Assembly: GCA_964016885.1 (NCBI GenBank) | Contig: OZ024740.1 | Span: 322,028,001 to 322,092,000, forward strand | DNA from: Eledone cirrhosa | Lineage: Eukaryota | Length of the DNA stretch: 64,000 nt | Reading direction: 5' to 3' | Part shown: in pieces, positions 26,171-40,621 of the stretch | How the letters are laid out: the number at the start of each line of letters is the position of its first letter | Numbering within the stretch: the first letter of the stretch is position 1 | Program-made: the position numbers and the translations under genes | The notes under the pieces: generated by a model | The model's database searches: none | Seen by the model: the letters and a program-made list of their open reading frames with translations, nothing else | What the model was told of the DNA's origin: nothing

Positions 26171-28329
26171 CTATGATAAAACACATCCAGTACATTCTGT
26201 AAAGTGGTTGGGGATAGGAAGGGCATCTAGCCATAGAAAACTTGCCAAACAAGGGATTGGAAGGACTCTACAAAGGCATAACATCCTCTCTAGTGTTGGT
26301 GTCACAATACAATGCACCTGTTTCACTCTTTACAGCATGGGAATGTATGTAAGATGCAGTGACCTCTGGCTCATCCAGGAGGTCAATAGCTGCAGTACTG
26401 ATTAGATCTGTGATGACCCATCCAGCCTTTGCTAGCAGGGTAAACGGATGTTAAATGATGATAATCCCTCAATTAGTTAAAGAAAGATTTGGAGGAATTT
26501 ACTAAACTTATTATTTCATTACTAAGATAACTTAACACATGATTCTTATATGAAAAGTATAGTAGAAGATATTAAATAGGAACTCATTAAATTGGGTGAT
26601 ATTGTTTTATAGAAACAGAGCTGACTTTGGGAGGGTTGGTATCAAAGGGGTTAATGAAGAATTCCAAGATTATCTTGACAATTATTTCATGGCTACAATC
26701 TATCCTGAACCATGTCTCCCCCAGTGAGTATATATCTAAACACTATAGTTGTATTAACAGACCAGTCTAGAACATAACTACATTTCCCCTAATCCCTATA
26801 TAATCTAGATAATCCCAATCTGATCCAGATAAAGACATAAATCCCTCCTCATATCCACTTGCTATGAAATAGATCACTTTCATCTAGACTCCAACTTGGG
26901 GGCTAGGTTAGCAATCACAACCACCACCATCATCATCATATATTATGTCTCGGGTTCAATATCCTAGATCACTCTGTTTTCTATGGTTAATAACGTTTGA
27001 ATATGGTGGGATTTGAACACAGAATACAAAAGACTGAGAAACACTGCAAGACATCCAGTCTGGCACTGTTAACCTAATCACATAAAACTAACCCTGGTTT
27101 TATTGTTTATTTAAAACCATTTATAGTCATCTAAAATCCTTCCATCATAATTTTATGTAAAACCTTTGTTCCAAATGCCAGCTTAATAATCAGAAAGATG
27201 GTTATATTAATAAATTCCTCCAAATTCTTGATTATTTTCAAAATTATTTGATAATCATTTTCAGGTCATGTCTTTCATTAGAATATGGTAATGAAAGGAT
27301 TAATAATTCTGCCAGTTCACTGTTCAAGACTAGTACTTTAATTATCAACCTCAAAAAGATGAAAAGCAATATTTTCCTCTGAAGGATTTGAACTCAAAAC
27401 ACAGTATGGCCATTCAGTGTTAGTATTACCTCACAAGTTAATGTTATCTATTTATCAGAGCTTAATATTAAGCAACCAGGAATGCTGTCTAGTACTGGCT
27501 TATAAAACACATTAGTAACCTCCAAAATATTAGCTTTGTTATCATCCTATTCATTCTGAGTTCAGATTTCACTGTTGTCTACTAGGGAGGTAGACTGGTT
27601 TAACATCCCCACCTGGCCTATGGGTGCCTTTAGCTAAGTCCACTCTGTTGTAAGCATTTAGACCAGGTTTCCAGTTTGACAGCACCTTCGTACCTCCGCC
27701 CCACTAATTTGGGAGGCCTCAAAATGGATCATGGGCAATATAGTTTCCTCTTTCATCCCTTCCACTAGTTTTGGAAATTCTAAAATGGGTCATGATCACT
27801 GCCCTTCCCTCCTTGGCTGAATAGTAAAGAAATAAAGAAAAAAAACGAGCTTAACATTGAGAAAGCAGACATGTTGTCTAGTAATAGCTTATAAAACACT
27901 TGTTAGTAACCCAAATGTTCAATGTAATATCTGTAGTTTCACTACTGTAATGGTTACATAACTTATTAAATATATTAAGGTGTGTGGCTTAGTGGATCGG
28001 ATGTTACACGCATGATCATAAGGTCATGGATTTGATTCTTTTACTAAGCGGTGCATTGAATAAGATGCATCTAATCCACACAGCTGCATGTGTATATAGA
28101 AGGGTCAGCTGACCAAGATACTCTCATGGAGGTATATTTTTCAACATATTCCCTAGAAAGAAACAATGCAATTATCAATAAGATGAATTGAAATTAATGC
28201 ATGCAAGATTTCATATGATCTTTTCGGCCTACTCTCATAAAAACAATGGAAAAGGCAACCTCAAACCTTTGGGTTGTTAATAAATGTTAAAATATGGCCA
28301 TAATTATATATTATACATTGGAACAGTTA

Positions 28330-28476
28330 TGGCTGTGTGCTTAAGGGTTTCATTTTATAACCATATGGTTTTGGGCTCAGTTCCACTATCTTGCATCTTG
28401 GGCCACTATAGCCTTGGTTTAAACAATGTCATGTAATGAAAATATGGTGACAGAAACTGCAGAAGCCCATCGCACG

Positions 28477-28512
<36 letters not shown>

Positions 28513-28875
28513 GTCCCATAACTTAGCAGTTCAACAAATAAGAGATTGATAAATACATACCAGACTCAGTGTGAATATGATTAACTAAATTCCTTTAACC
28601 CATTGATGACTGCATGTCTAATGAAATACAGTTTATTTTTTATTAATTATTGAAGAATTTTGAGGGATTTACTAGAATTATTAATTATTTCATTAGGAAA
28701 CTAGTAACTTAATGTAAGGTTCTTATATAAAATTATGTTGGAAGATTTTTATTTAAACTGGAAACCTTTAAAATGGGTAGTTTTATTTCATAGAACCAGA
28801 GCCAGTTTTCACTAAAGGGTTAAAGCAGTGCTCCAACATGGCTGCAGTATAATGACTGTAGCAATTAAAAGAACA
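28330..28875 (+). mobile_element. tRNA SINE with internal (GT)n, interrupted by a piggyBac-like MITE
   Basis: Head TGGCTGTGTGCTTAAG…TCAGTTCCACT. The tail GCAGTGCTCCAACATGGCTGCAGT resumes after the MITE. A related copy is at 58345-58720 (-). Confidence 0.65.
28599..28819. mobile_element. piggyBac-like MITE with TTAA target duplication
   Basis: TTAA|CCCATT…AAAGGG|TTAA. Confidence 0.75.
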
Positions 28876-29239
28876 CTGGCTACATGATATGTTAGTATCA
28901 GTTAGAGAATATGTAATAACTGGTTACATCTGTTTTATTCCATGATGTAATGAGTCAGTTTATATTACAGTCTATGTCAGATAAATAGTTCTATCTTTAG
29001 CCATCATCTTTGTCAGTCTGACCTCTTCTTTCTATTCAGCTTCCAACAGTTTTCTTTCCTTTCCTTTGTTTCTTTTTTCCTTTCGTTCTAATTTGCATAA
29101 TTAATGCAATGTTTAGTACATTGTTGCTACATAACCATACTCCTTGAATTGTATTAAATATTTAAATTTCTTATTTAATTGAATAACATTTACTTTGTCA
29201 ACATCTTATTTAAGTTTGATGTTGCTTCATGGTCCTAAA

Positions 29240-29570
29240 CAGATAGAATTGTGAATGATGAGGGGGATGTGCTGATCAGGCAGAATTGTGTGATACCCTG
29301 TAGGGTGATGAGGTAGATGTGCTGAACAGACAGAATTGTGAATGTGTTACCCTGGGGGAGGATGACAGGGATGTGCTGAAAGAGCCCAGTACACTTTACA
29401 AACTTTGTTCTTATCAATAGCCATTTCCATCTCAATCACAGTGAGGTAGTAGATGGTTTGGGGGCCTTGGATGCCAAATGTATCTACTGTTATAGGTTCG
29501 ACAAAACAATAGTGCACCTCTTGGGCTCTCTCTTCATCCACCTGAGACTGCCTCCCTTCACATTGACTCA
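29240..29570 (-). mobile_element. CRE-like retrotransposon restriction-like endonuclease remnant
   Basis: FVEPITVDTFGIQGPQT…KVYW, then a frameshift to LFQHIPVILPQGNTFTILS. Confidence 0.55.
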
Positions 29571-29685
29571 TCACCTCCCCTACTATCTAAATCACCCCAC
29601 CAACCATCTTTTATATCTACTGCTCACATGTGAGGTAGCTTGGTTTCTGTTAGATCCGCCAAATGCCCACACATAAAGAGGAGTA

Positions 29686-29833
29686 CTCTCTCTCCCTCCC
29701 TCTCTCCCTCCCTCTCTCTCTCCCTCCCTCCCTTTCTCTCTCCCTCTCTCTCCCTCTCTCTCCCTCTCCCTCCCCATCTCTCTCTCTCTCTCCCTCTCCC
29801 TCCCCATCTCTCTCTCTCTCTCCCTCTCCCTCC

Positions 29834-29870
<37 letters not shown>

Positions 29871-30092
29871 TCTCCCTCTCTCTCTCTCTCTCTCCCTCTC
29901 CCCCTCCCCCCTCTCTCCCCCCCTCCCCCCTCTCTCTCTCTCTCCCTCCCTCCCTATCTCTCTCTCTCTCTCTCCCTCCCTCCCTATCTCTCTCTCTCTC
30001 TCCTTCTCTCTCCCTCTCCCTCTCTCTCCCTCTCTCTCTTTCTCTCCCTCCCTCTCCCTCTCTCTCTCTTTCTCTCCCTCTCTCTCTCTCTT

Positions 30093-30140
<48 letters not shown>

Positions 30141-30279
30141 CCTCTCTCTCTTTCTCTCCCTCTTTCTCTCCCTCTCTCTCCCTCTCTCTTTCTCTCCCTC
30201 CCTCCCTCTCACTCCCTCTCTTTCCTTCTCTCTCTTTCTTCCCCTCTCTCTCTTTTTCTTTCCCCCTCTCTCTCTCTCT
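29686..30279. repeat. (CT)n/(CCCT)n polypyrimidine tract
   Basis: Directly visible. Confidence 0.95.
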
Positions 30280-30284
30280 AAATA

Positions 30285-30830
30285 AAATCATCACCGTTCT
30301 ACGTGTTCTACATCCATTTTTCCATGCTAGTATGGATTGGACAAGTTGCCCTGTTGTGGGCAATGCTAGGTCAGGTGACCATATCTAGCTCATACAGGAC
30401 TGATTTTGACTTGGTTTCTACAGCTAGATGCCCTTACTAACACTAACCTCATTTACAGCGAGTACTGGGTGCTCTTTGTTGTGAAACCTACACTGCCACT
30501 TCACAGTGTGAACTGGGTACTTTTTGTTGTGAAACCTACACGACCACTTTACAGTGTAGACTGGGTGCATTTTGTCGTGACCCCTACGCGACCACTTTAC
30601 AGTTTAGGCTAGGTACTCCTACATGGTCACTTTACAGTGTGGACTGGGTACTTTTTGTTGTGATATCCACTTTACAGTAGGAGGAGGGTGCATATTGTAT
30701 ATATGCTTCAGCCTGTGCCTGTGGGGAGTCCGGTCTTCTGTATTACTGTGTAATGCCAGAGATCTGTCCTGAGTCATTGCCTTTGAGAGGTGCAATTGGG
30801 CAAGGTCAGCTTTTAATATATATCTACCAA
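30285..30830 (-). mobile_element. RTE (PHD family) 3' end and 3' UTR with about 48-bp subrepeats
   Basis: ADLAQLHLSKAMTQDRSL matches the ORF2 end at about 34830. Repeated CCACTTTACAGTGTGGACTGGGT units. Confidence 0.7.
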
Positions 30831-30904
30831 ACATGTCATTCCCTCCTGCTCCACACCCCACGATGAGGACACAATGATCACTTAACTACTAGCACTAAAA
30901 TATG

Positions 30905-32152
30905 ATACACCTAGTACACTCTGTAAAGCGTTATTGCTAGTGCCACAACAAAATGGACCTAGTCCACTCTGTAAAGTGATAGTGCTAGTGTCATGATAAA
31001 ATGGACCTAGTCCACTCTGTAAAGTGGTAGTGATAGTGTCATGATAAAATGGACCTAGTCCACTCTGTAAAATGGTAGTGCTAGTGTCATGATAAAATGG
31101 ACCTAGTCCACTCTGTAAAATGGTAGTGCTAGTCATGATAAAATGGACCTAGTCCACTCTGTAAAGTGGTAGTGCTAGTGTCATGATAAAATGGACCTAG
31201 TCCACTCTGTAAAGTGATAGTGCTAGTGTCATGATAAAATGGACCTAGTCCACTCTGTAAAGTGGTAGTGATAGTGTCATGATAAAATGGACCTAGTCCA
31301 CTCTGTAAAATGGTAGTGCTAGTGTCATGATAAAATGGACCTAGTCCACTCTGTAAAGTGGTAGTGCTAGTCATGATAAAATGGACCTAGTCCACTCTGT
31401 AAAGTGGTAGTGCTAGTGTCATGATAAAATGGACCTAGTCCACTCTGTAAAATGGTAGTGCTAGTGTCATGATAAAATGGACCTAGTCCACTCTGTAAAG
31501 TGGTAGTGCTAGTGTCATGATAAAATGGACCTAGTCCACTCTGTAAAGTGGTAGTGCTAGTGTCATGATAAAATGGACCTAGTCCACTCTGTAAAGTGGT
31601 AGTGCTAGTGTCATGATAAAATGGACCTAGTCCACTCTGTAAAGTGGTAGTGCTAGTGTCATGATAAAATGGACCTAGTCCACTCTGTAAAGTGGTAGTG
31701 CTAGTGTCATGATAAAATGGACCTAGTACACTCTGTAAAGTGGTAGTGCTAGTGTCATGATAAAATGGACCTAGTCCACTCTGTAAAATGGTAGTGCTAG
31801 TGTCATGATAAAATGGACCTAGTCCACTCTGTAAAGTGGTAGTGCTAGTCATGATAAAATGGACCTAGTCCACTCTGTAAAGTGGTAGTGCTAGTGTCAT
31901 GATAAATGGACCTAGTCCACTCTGTAAAGTGGTAGTGCTAGTGTCATGATAAAATGAACCTAGTCCACTCTGTAAAGTGGTAGTGCTAGTGTCATGATAA
32001 AATGGACCTAGTCCACTCTGTAAAATGGTAGTGCTAGTGTCATGATAAAATGGACCTAGTCCACTCTGTAAAGTGGTAGTGCTAGTATCATGATAAAATG
32101 GACCTAGTCCACTCTGTAAAGTGGTAGTGCTAGTGTCATGATAAAATGGACC
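30905..32152. repeat. 48-bp minisatellite (GTAGTGCTAGTGTCATGATAAAATGGACCTAGTCCACTCTGTAAAGTG), about 25 copies, running into the gap
   Basis: Visible tandem units with 46-bp and SNP variants. Confidence 0.95.
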
Positions 32153-32352
32153 NNNNNNNNNNNNNNNNNNNNNNNNNNNNNNNNNNNNNNNNNNNNNNNN
32201 NNNNNNNNNNNNNNNNNNNNNNNNNNNNNNNNNNNNNNNNNNNNNNNNNNNNNNNNNNNNNNNNNNNNNNNNNNNNNNNNNNNNNNNNNNNNNNNNNNNN
32301 NNNNNNNNNNNNNNNNNNNNNNNNNNNNNNNNNNNNNNNNNNNNNNNNNNNN
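32153..32352. other. Assembly gap (200 N)
   Basis: Run of N between the minisatellite and (TA)n. Confidence 1.
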
Positions 32353-32451
<99 letters not shown>

Positions 32452-32471
32452 TATATATATAAATATATCTG

Positions 32472-35307
32472 ATCACCTATAGATCCGGGGAACACACAAG
32501 CAGGTAGATTATATCCTTACCAGAAGACGTGACAGAGTGTCTGTTGTTAACACTAAATCCCTCCCCCATGAAGAATGCACCTCCCAACATAGACTGATAA
32601 TTAGCGACCTCATAGTCAGGACGAGACGTACTCGACAACAGAAGAGGACTATCCTCAGGAGGAAAATATGGAAGCTAAAGGACCCCACAGCCAGGAATAA
32701 ATTTCAAAGCATATTACTTGATGCTTTCGACAGTAAGGAAGAACATTTAGAGTCGGACAATATAGAGGGAGAGTGGGAATTTCTGAAAGCAAACCTGCTG
32801 TTGGCGACAGACGAGGTCTGTGGCTGGAGCAGGCTGTAGGCAGGAGGAGAGTAACATGGTGGTGGAACAGTAAGGTGGAGGGGTCAATTAAGGCCAAAAA
32901 GCAGGCTTGGAAAGTATGGCGGGATGGGGGAAGTAGAGAGGACTATCAAGTGGCCAGGAGGGAAGCTAGGAGACAAGTGTACTTAGCAAGAAGGGAAGCT
33001 GAGGAAAGAAAGTTCAAGCATGTTCTACAACGCGATGACCAAAAACGTGAGGTGTTCAGGATTGCTAGGCAATGCGTCAAGGAAAACCGTGATATTGTCG
33101 GGAGAAGTGTGTACTAAACGACGATGGCACACTTGCCATCACCGACGCTGATAAGAAGGTAGCTTGGAAGTGTCACTATGAAAGGCTTCTAAATGAGGAG
33201 AATAGTTGGGAGAAAGGCAGTCTCCCCCATATCGACCCAATAGAGGGACCAGCAGTGTTAGTCGAGGGGAGTATAATAAGTAAGGCAATCAAGGATATGA
33301 AGACTGGTAAGGCGGCTGGGCCTTCGGAAATAGTTGCTGAGATGCTGAAGGCATCTGGCACGGTGGGACACACCATGGTCACCCGCATAGTTAACCAAGT
33401 CGTACAAAACGGGGTTGTTCCGAAGGACTGGCATAGCAGCATCATCGTTAACTGTTATAAGGGTAAAGGAGACGCCCTAGATAGGAGTAACTATAGAGGC
33501 ATTAAATTAATCGACCAGGTCATGAAGGTCACGGAAAGAGTAATAGCGCAACTAATCAGAGAGAGAATTGACCTAGATGAAATGCAGTTCGGGTTTGTGT
33601 CAGGCAAAAGTACCACAGACGCTCTTTTCATAGTACGACAACTACAAGAGAAGTACCTAGCTAAAGGTAAACCCCTCTACTTAGCTTTTGTCGACTTGGA
33701 GAAAGCCTTCGACAGAGTCCCCCGCTCCATTATCTGTGGGCTCTTAGAAAACTAGGCGTTGACGAATGGCTTGTGAGGGCTATACAAGCCATGTATAAAG
33801 AAACAGTCAGCAAGGTTAGAATTAACAACGAATATAGTGAAGAGTTTAGCGTAAAAGTCGGCGTCCATTCAGGGCTCTGTTCTCAGTCCACTACTATTTA
33901 TTATTGCCCTTCAGGCCATAACAGAGGAGTTCAAGACAGGCTGCCCATGGGAACTCCTATACGCAGACGACCTGACACTCATAGCGGAATCAATGGCCGA
34001 GCTAGAGAAGAAATTCCAAACATGGAAGCACGGCCTAGAGTCAAAAGGACTTAAAATTAACCTGGCTAAGACCAAAGTACTAGTTTGTAGGAAAGAAAAC
34101 AAGGCGGCGGTCCCTTCTGGGAAATGGTCGTGCTCGGTGTGTAGGAAAGGCGTAGGTAGAAACTCCATTTTATGTCCTAAATGCAAAGTATGGGTGCATA
34201 AAAGATGTAGTGGGATCACAGGTAGGCTAACTAAGAACATAGATTTTACATGTGGCCGGTGCTCTGGTGCAATAAGTAGCAGCAAGTGCCCACAAACTAC
34301 TAGCTCTTTCAATTGCGCAGAGGGTTCTATAGAAATAGTGGACAGCTTCCGTTACCTGGGCGATAAAATCAGCAGTGGGGGAGGGTGCTCTGAAAGTACT
34401 GTAGCTAGAGTCAGAACTGGTTGGAAAAAGTTCAGAGAGCTTATACCACTTAGCTGCTAAAGGGTTCTCACTAAAAATGAAAGGCAGGTTGTACGATGCC
34501 TGCATACGAACAGCAATGCTGCATGGCAGTGAGACCTGGGCATTGTGTGCAGAGGATATACGCAGACTAGAGAGGAACGAAGCTTGCATGCTCCGCTGGA
34601 TGTGTAACAGTAATATACGTGAACGGCAAAGCATAAACGAACTAAGGAATAAATTAGAGATAAGAGGGATCAGATGTTGTTTACTCGAGAGAAGGCTACG
34701 TTGGTATGGACACGTGATGCGCATGAAAAGTCGATAGCTGTATAACAAAGTGCAGGGCAATAAAGATAGACGGTAGTCACGGAATAGGCAGACTAGAAAA
34801 ACCTGGGACGAGCTGATAAACTCCGACATCACACACTTACACCTCTCCAAGACAATGTCACTGGACCGAGACCTTTGGCGGTACTCAGTAACAGAGAAGA
34901 CCCGCCTTACCTAAATATATAGTAAAACCTACTCCAGCCAGTAGGCATCTCTAACAAATACACCCCGTCCCACCACCCCCACCCGATCCACACCACCCCG
35001 TTCTATGTAAAGTTATGTTGGTGCCGCGCCATCGAGGCCGAAACAAATGAGATCGTGTAGGTGTCACGACAAAAAAACACACAGTCCACGCTGTAATGTG
35101 GCCGTGTAGGCAACACGGTAAAAACCTCCCAGACCCACACTGTAAATGTGGTTGGTGTTAGGAAGGGCATCCAACTGTAGAAAACCTGCCAGACAGTCCT
35201 ATGCGAGCAAGACAATCACTCTTGCCTCAAGTGGGACTACCCCCGTCCAAACCCATGCAAGCGTGGAACACGGACGTTAAACGTTGATGATGATGATGAT
35301 GATGATA
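32472..35307 (+). mobile_element. 5'-truncated RTE-clade LINE (APE C-terminus, RT, PHD finger, 3' UTR, (GAT)n tail), frameshifted
   Basis: QVDYILTRR…SQHRLI (APE end); GKAAGPSEI, NYRGIKL, QFGF, FVDLEKAFDRVP, LLYADDL, FRYLG, MLHGSETW, RRLRWYGHV; CSVC…CPKC…HKRC…CGRC at about 34125-34262; tail GTTAAACGTTGATGATGAT. Confidence 0.95.
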
Positions 35308-35492
35308 TATAAAATATATATATATATAGATAAATATATATATATATAGATAATATATATTTATATATATATAATATATATAAATATATATATATAAATA
35401 TATATTTATATATATAAATATTATATATATATATATAAATATATATAAATATATATATATATAAATATATATATATAAATATATATAAATAT

Positions 35493-35588
<96 letters not shown>

Positions 35589-35624
35589 TATATTATATAT
35601 ATATATAAATATATATAAATATAT

Positions 35625-35657
<33 letters not shown>

Positions 35658-35658
<1 letters not shown>

Positions 35659-35930
35659 CATCATCATTATCATCATCAGGTTTAGCGTCCGTGTTCCACG
35701 CTTGCATGGGTTTGGACGGGGGTTTTCCCACTTGAGGCAAGAGTGGTTGTCTTGCTCGCATAGGACTGTCTGGCGGGTTTTCTACAGTTGGATGCCCTTC
35801 CTAACACCAACCACATTTACAGTGTGGGGCTGGGAGGTATTTACCGTGTCGCCTACACGGCCACATTTACAGCATGGACTGTGTGTTTTTTTGTCGTGAC
35901 ACCTACACGATCTCATTTGTTTCGGCCTGG
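35658..35930 (-). mobile_element. RTE 3' UTR copy, inverted relative to 35033-35307
   Basis: Near reverse complement of the LINE 3' UTR. Confidence 0.85.
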
Positions 35931-36042
35931 ATGTATATATATATATAATTTATATATATATATATTTATATATATAAATATATATTTATATATATATATA
36001 TATTTATATATATAAATATATATAAATATATATATATATATT

Positions 36043-36076
<34 letters not shown>

Positions 36077-36110
36077 AATATATATATATATTTATATATA
36101 TAAATATATA

Positions 36111-36150
<40 letters not shown>

Positions 36151-36158
36151 TTTATATT

Positions 36159-36190
<32 letters not shown>

Positions 36191-36721
36191 AATATATATA
36201 AATATATAAATATTTATATATATAAATATATATATATATTTCATCATCATCATCATCACCGTTTTACGTCCGTTCTTCCACGCTAGCATGGGTTAGACGG
36301 GTTGTCCTGTTGTGGCAGTGTCTGGTCGGCTGACCATGCCTTGCTCATACAGGAACTGATCTGGCTTGATTTCTACAGCTGGATGCCCTTCCTAACACCA
36401 ACCTCATTTACAGTGAGTGCTGGGTGCTTTTTCGTGGCGCCTACACATATTTATATATATAAATATATATATATTTATATATAAATATATATATAAATAT
36501 ATATATAAATATATATATTTATATATATTTATATATATAAATATATATATATTTATATATAAATATATATATATATTTATATATATAAATATATATATAT
36601 TTATATATAAATATATATTTATATATAAATATATATTTATATATAAATATATATTCATATATATAAATATATATATATATATATATTTATATATAAATAT
36701 ATATATATATTTATATATATT

Positions 36722-36765
<44 letters not shown>

Positions 36766-36843
36766 AATATATATATATATATTTATATATATATATGTTT
36801 ATATATATAAATATATATATAAATATATATATTTATATATGTT

Positions 36844-36875
<32 letters not shown>

Positions 36876-37377
36876 AATATATATATTTATATATATATAT
36901 ATATATAAATATATATATTTATATATATATATATATATAAATATATATATTTATATATATTTATATATATAATTATATATATATATATTTTATATATATA
37001 ATTATATATATATATATTATATATATATAAATATATATATATTTATATATATAAATATATATATTTATATATATTTATATATATATAAATATATACAATA
37101 TTAAATAAATGGAAAACTATATTTATAAAACCATATTTATTTCATTATATATATTTCGGGGATATCATATTATATAAATATATATATATATATTTATATA
37201 TATTTATATATATATATATTTATATATATTTATATATATATATATATATATAAATATATATTTATATATATAAATATATATATTTATATATATATATATT
37301 TATATATATATATTTATATATATATATAAATATATATTTATATATATAAATATATATTTATATATATAAATATATAT

Positions 37378-37592
37378 CAGCTGTAGAAATGAGATGATAG
37401 GGACTGGGTTCCCTATCATTCCACTGCAAAGTGGACGTGTAGGCGCCATGGCAAAAAAGTACCAGCACTCACTGTAAATGAGGTTGGTGTTAGGAAGGGC
37501 ATCCAGCTGTAGAAATCAAGCCAAAATCAGTTCCCGTCCACCCTTGCAAGCAGGGAAAAGCGGACGTAAAATGAAATGATGAAAATGATGAT
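37378..37592 (+). mobile_element. SINE 3' half (RTE-type tail)
   Basis: Near reverse complement of 43160-43377. Confidence 0.8.
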
Positions 37593-37620
37593 ATATATAT
37601 ATATTTATATTTATATATAA

Positions 37621-37685
<65 letters not shown>

Positions 37686-37707
37686 AATATATATATATAT
37701 TTTATAT

Positions 37708-38378
37708 ATTGTTATACTTTGGGAGGGTCATGTTGCCAATAAGAAACACACGCACCAGTTGCTTTCACTTCAATTTATTATATATTTATAAATTTACAAA
37801 TCTACAAACTTATAAATTTCTGGTTGGTTGGTTGGTTCCACAACCAGATAGTTGTTTATATATAGTCATAGTCCTTTCGTCACACACTCTGTGACCTCTT
37901 CAGTGACTGGGGATTACTTTCATTGTTTCTGTGCCTTTCCTTTCTTATGTCCTACGCCATTTTTTTTCTGTGTGTGTGTTGTGTGCTCAGTTTCCACCAC
38001 ATGCGCCACATCCGGGTGTCTGTGTGTGTTTATGTTCATTTATCTATTTGTTTATTATATATTTATTTATTGTTGGTTGGTTGTTTGTTCTATGTGTGTG
38101 TGTGTGTGTTTTCATTTTGTCCTTAATTGTAAGTTGTGATGTTGCTGTTCCACTCATATTTTCTATTTAATTTTGGTTGTAATTCTTTTATGCTTACTGC
38201 CTCTGTAATTTGCCTAAACATTGCATCTTTTCTGTGTGTGGATTCTATTTTTATTTCTATGTTCTCTAATTTACCCCTGTGTTCTATCTTAGCATGTTGG
38301 TAGAGCACAGATGATTCTTTATTATCTTGAAGGTCTCGCCAGTGTTCATTTATTCGTTCCCCTATACTACGAGCTGTC
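37708..38378 (-). mobile_element. Penelope-like element 3' part: GIY-YIG endonuclease C-half plus pLTR
   Basis: Minus strand translates [33 protein letters not shown]…RQITEAVSIKELQPKLNRKYEW, the R..EH / H…H / EA..I…P.LN pattern of PLE GIY-YIG domains. A hammerhead follows downstream. Confidence 0.85.
37864..37908 (-). ncRNA. Minimal type I hammerhead ribozyme
   Basis: AGTCA-CTGAAGA-G-GTCACA(GAGTG)TGTGAC-GAAA-GGAC-TA-TGACT gives a 5-bp stem I, a 6-bp stem II, an intact core, a minimal stem III and a CUA cleavage triplet. Confidence 0.85.
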
Positions 38379-38401
38379 TATATATATATATATATATATA
38401 A

Positions 38402-38501
<100 letters not shown>

Positions 38502-38531
38502 GTATATATATATATAAACGTATATATATAT

Positions 38532-38586
<55 letters not shown>

Positions 38587-38601
38587 AATGTATATATATA
38601 T

Positions 38602-38719
<118 letters not shown>

Positions 38720-38785
38720 ATATATAAATATATAAATATATATATATATATATAAATATATATATATATAAATATATAAATATAT

Positions 38786-38972
<187 letters not shown>

Positions 38973-38993
38973 AATATATATATATTTATATAT

Positions 38994-39206
<213 letters not shown>

Positions 39207-39213
39207 AATATAA

Positions 39214-39244
<31 letters not shown>

Positions 39245-39245
39245 A

Positions 39246-39276
<31 letters not shown>

Positions 39277-39323
39277 AATGTATATATATATATATATATA
39301 TATAGATATATATATATATATAA

Positions 39324-39374
<51 letters not shown>

Positions 39375-39531
39375 TAAATATATATAAATATATATATATA
39401 AATATAAATATATATAAATATATATATATAAATAAATATAAATATATATAAATATAAATATATATAAATATATATATATAAATAAATATATATAAATATA
39501 TATATATAAATATATATATATAAATAAATAT

Positions 39532-39564
<33 letters not shown>

Positions 39565-39605
39565 AATATATATATATAAATAAATATATATATATATATA
39601 AATAT

Positions 39606-39638
<33 letters not shown>

Positions 39639-39642
39639 TATA

Positions 39643-39753
<111 letters not shown>

Positions 39754-39756
39754 TAT

Positions 39757-39805
<49 letters not shown>

Positions 39806-39838
39806 TATATATAAATATATATATAAATATATATATAA

Positions 39839-39895
<57 letters not shown>

Positions 39896-39908
39896 AATAT
39901 ATATATAA

Positions 39909-39961
<53 letters not shown>

Positions 39962-40037
39962 AATATATATAAATATATATATATAAATATATATAAATAT
40001 ATATATAAATATATATATATATAAATATATATATATA

Positions 40038-40317
<280 letters not shown>

Positions 40318-40333
40318 AATATATATATATATA

Positions 40334-40371
<38 letters not shown>

Positions 40372-40372
40372 A

Positions 40373-40519
<147 letters not shown>

Positions 40520-40550
40520 TCTATATATATATATAAATATATATAAATAT

Positions 40551-40621
<71 letters not shown>

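Noticed and set aside
24974-26252. About 400-aa ORFs on both strands (mucin- or antifreeze-like repeats)
   Set aside because: Translations of a 15-bp minisatellite embedded in a SINE tail, with no splice or domain context.
29592-30388. RE-rich and SL-rich ORFs
   Set aside because: Translations of the (CT)n tract.
30882-32152. 16-aa repeat ORFs (TSTTTLQSGLGPFYHD)
   Set aside because: 48-bp minisatellite with frameshifting 46-bp variants.
32472-34915. Active autonomous LINE
   Set aside because: 5'-truncated with several frameshifts, although some of these could be sequencing indels.
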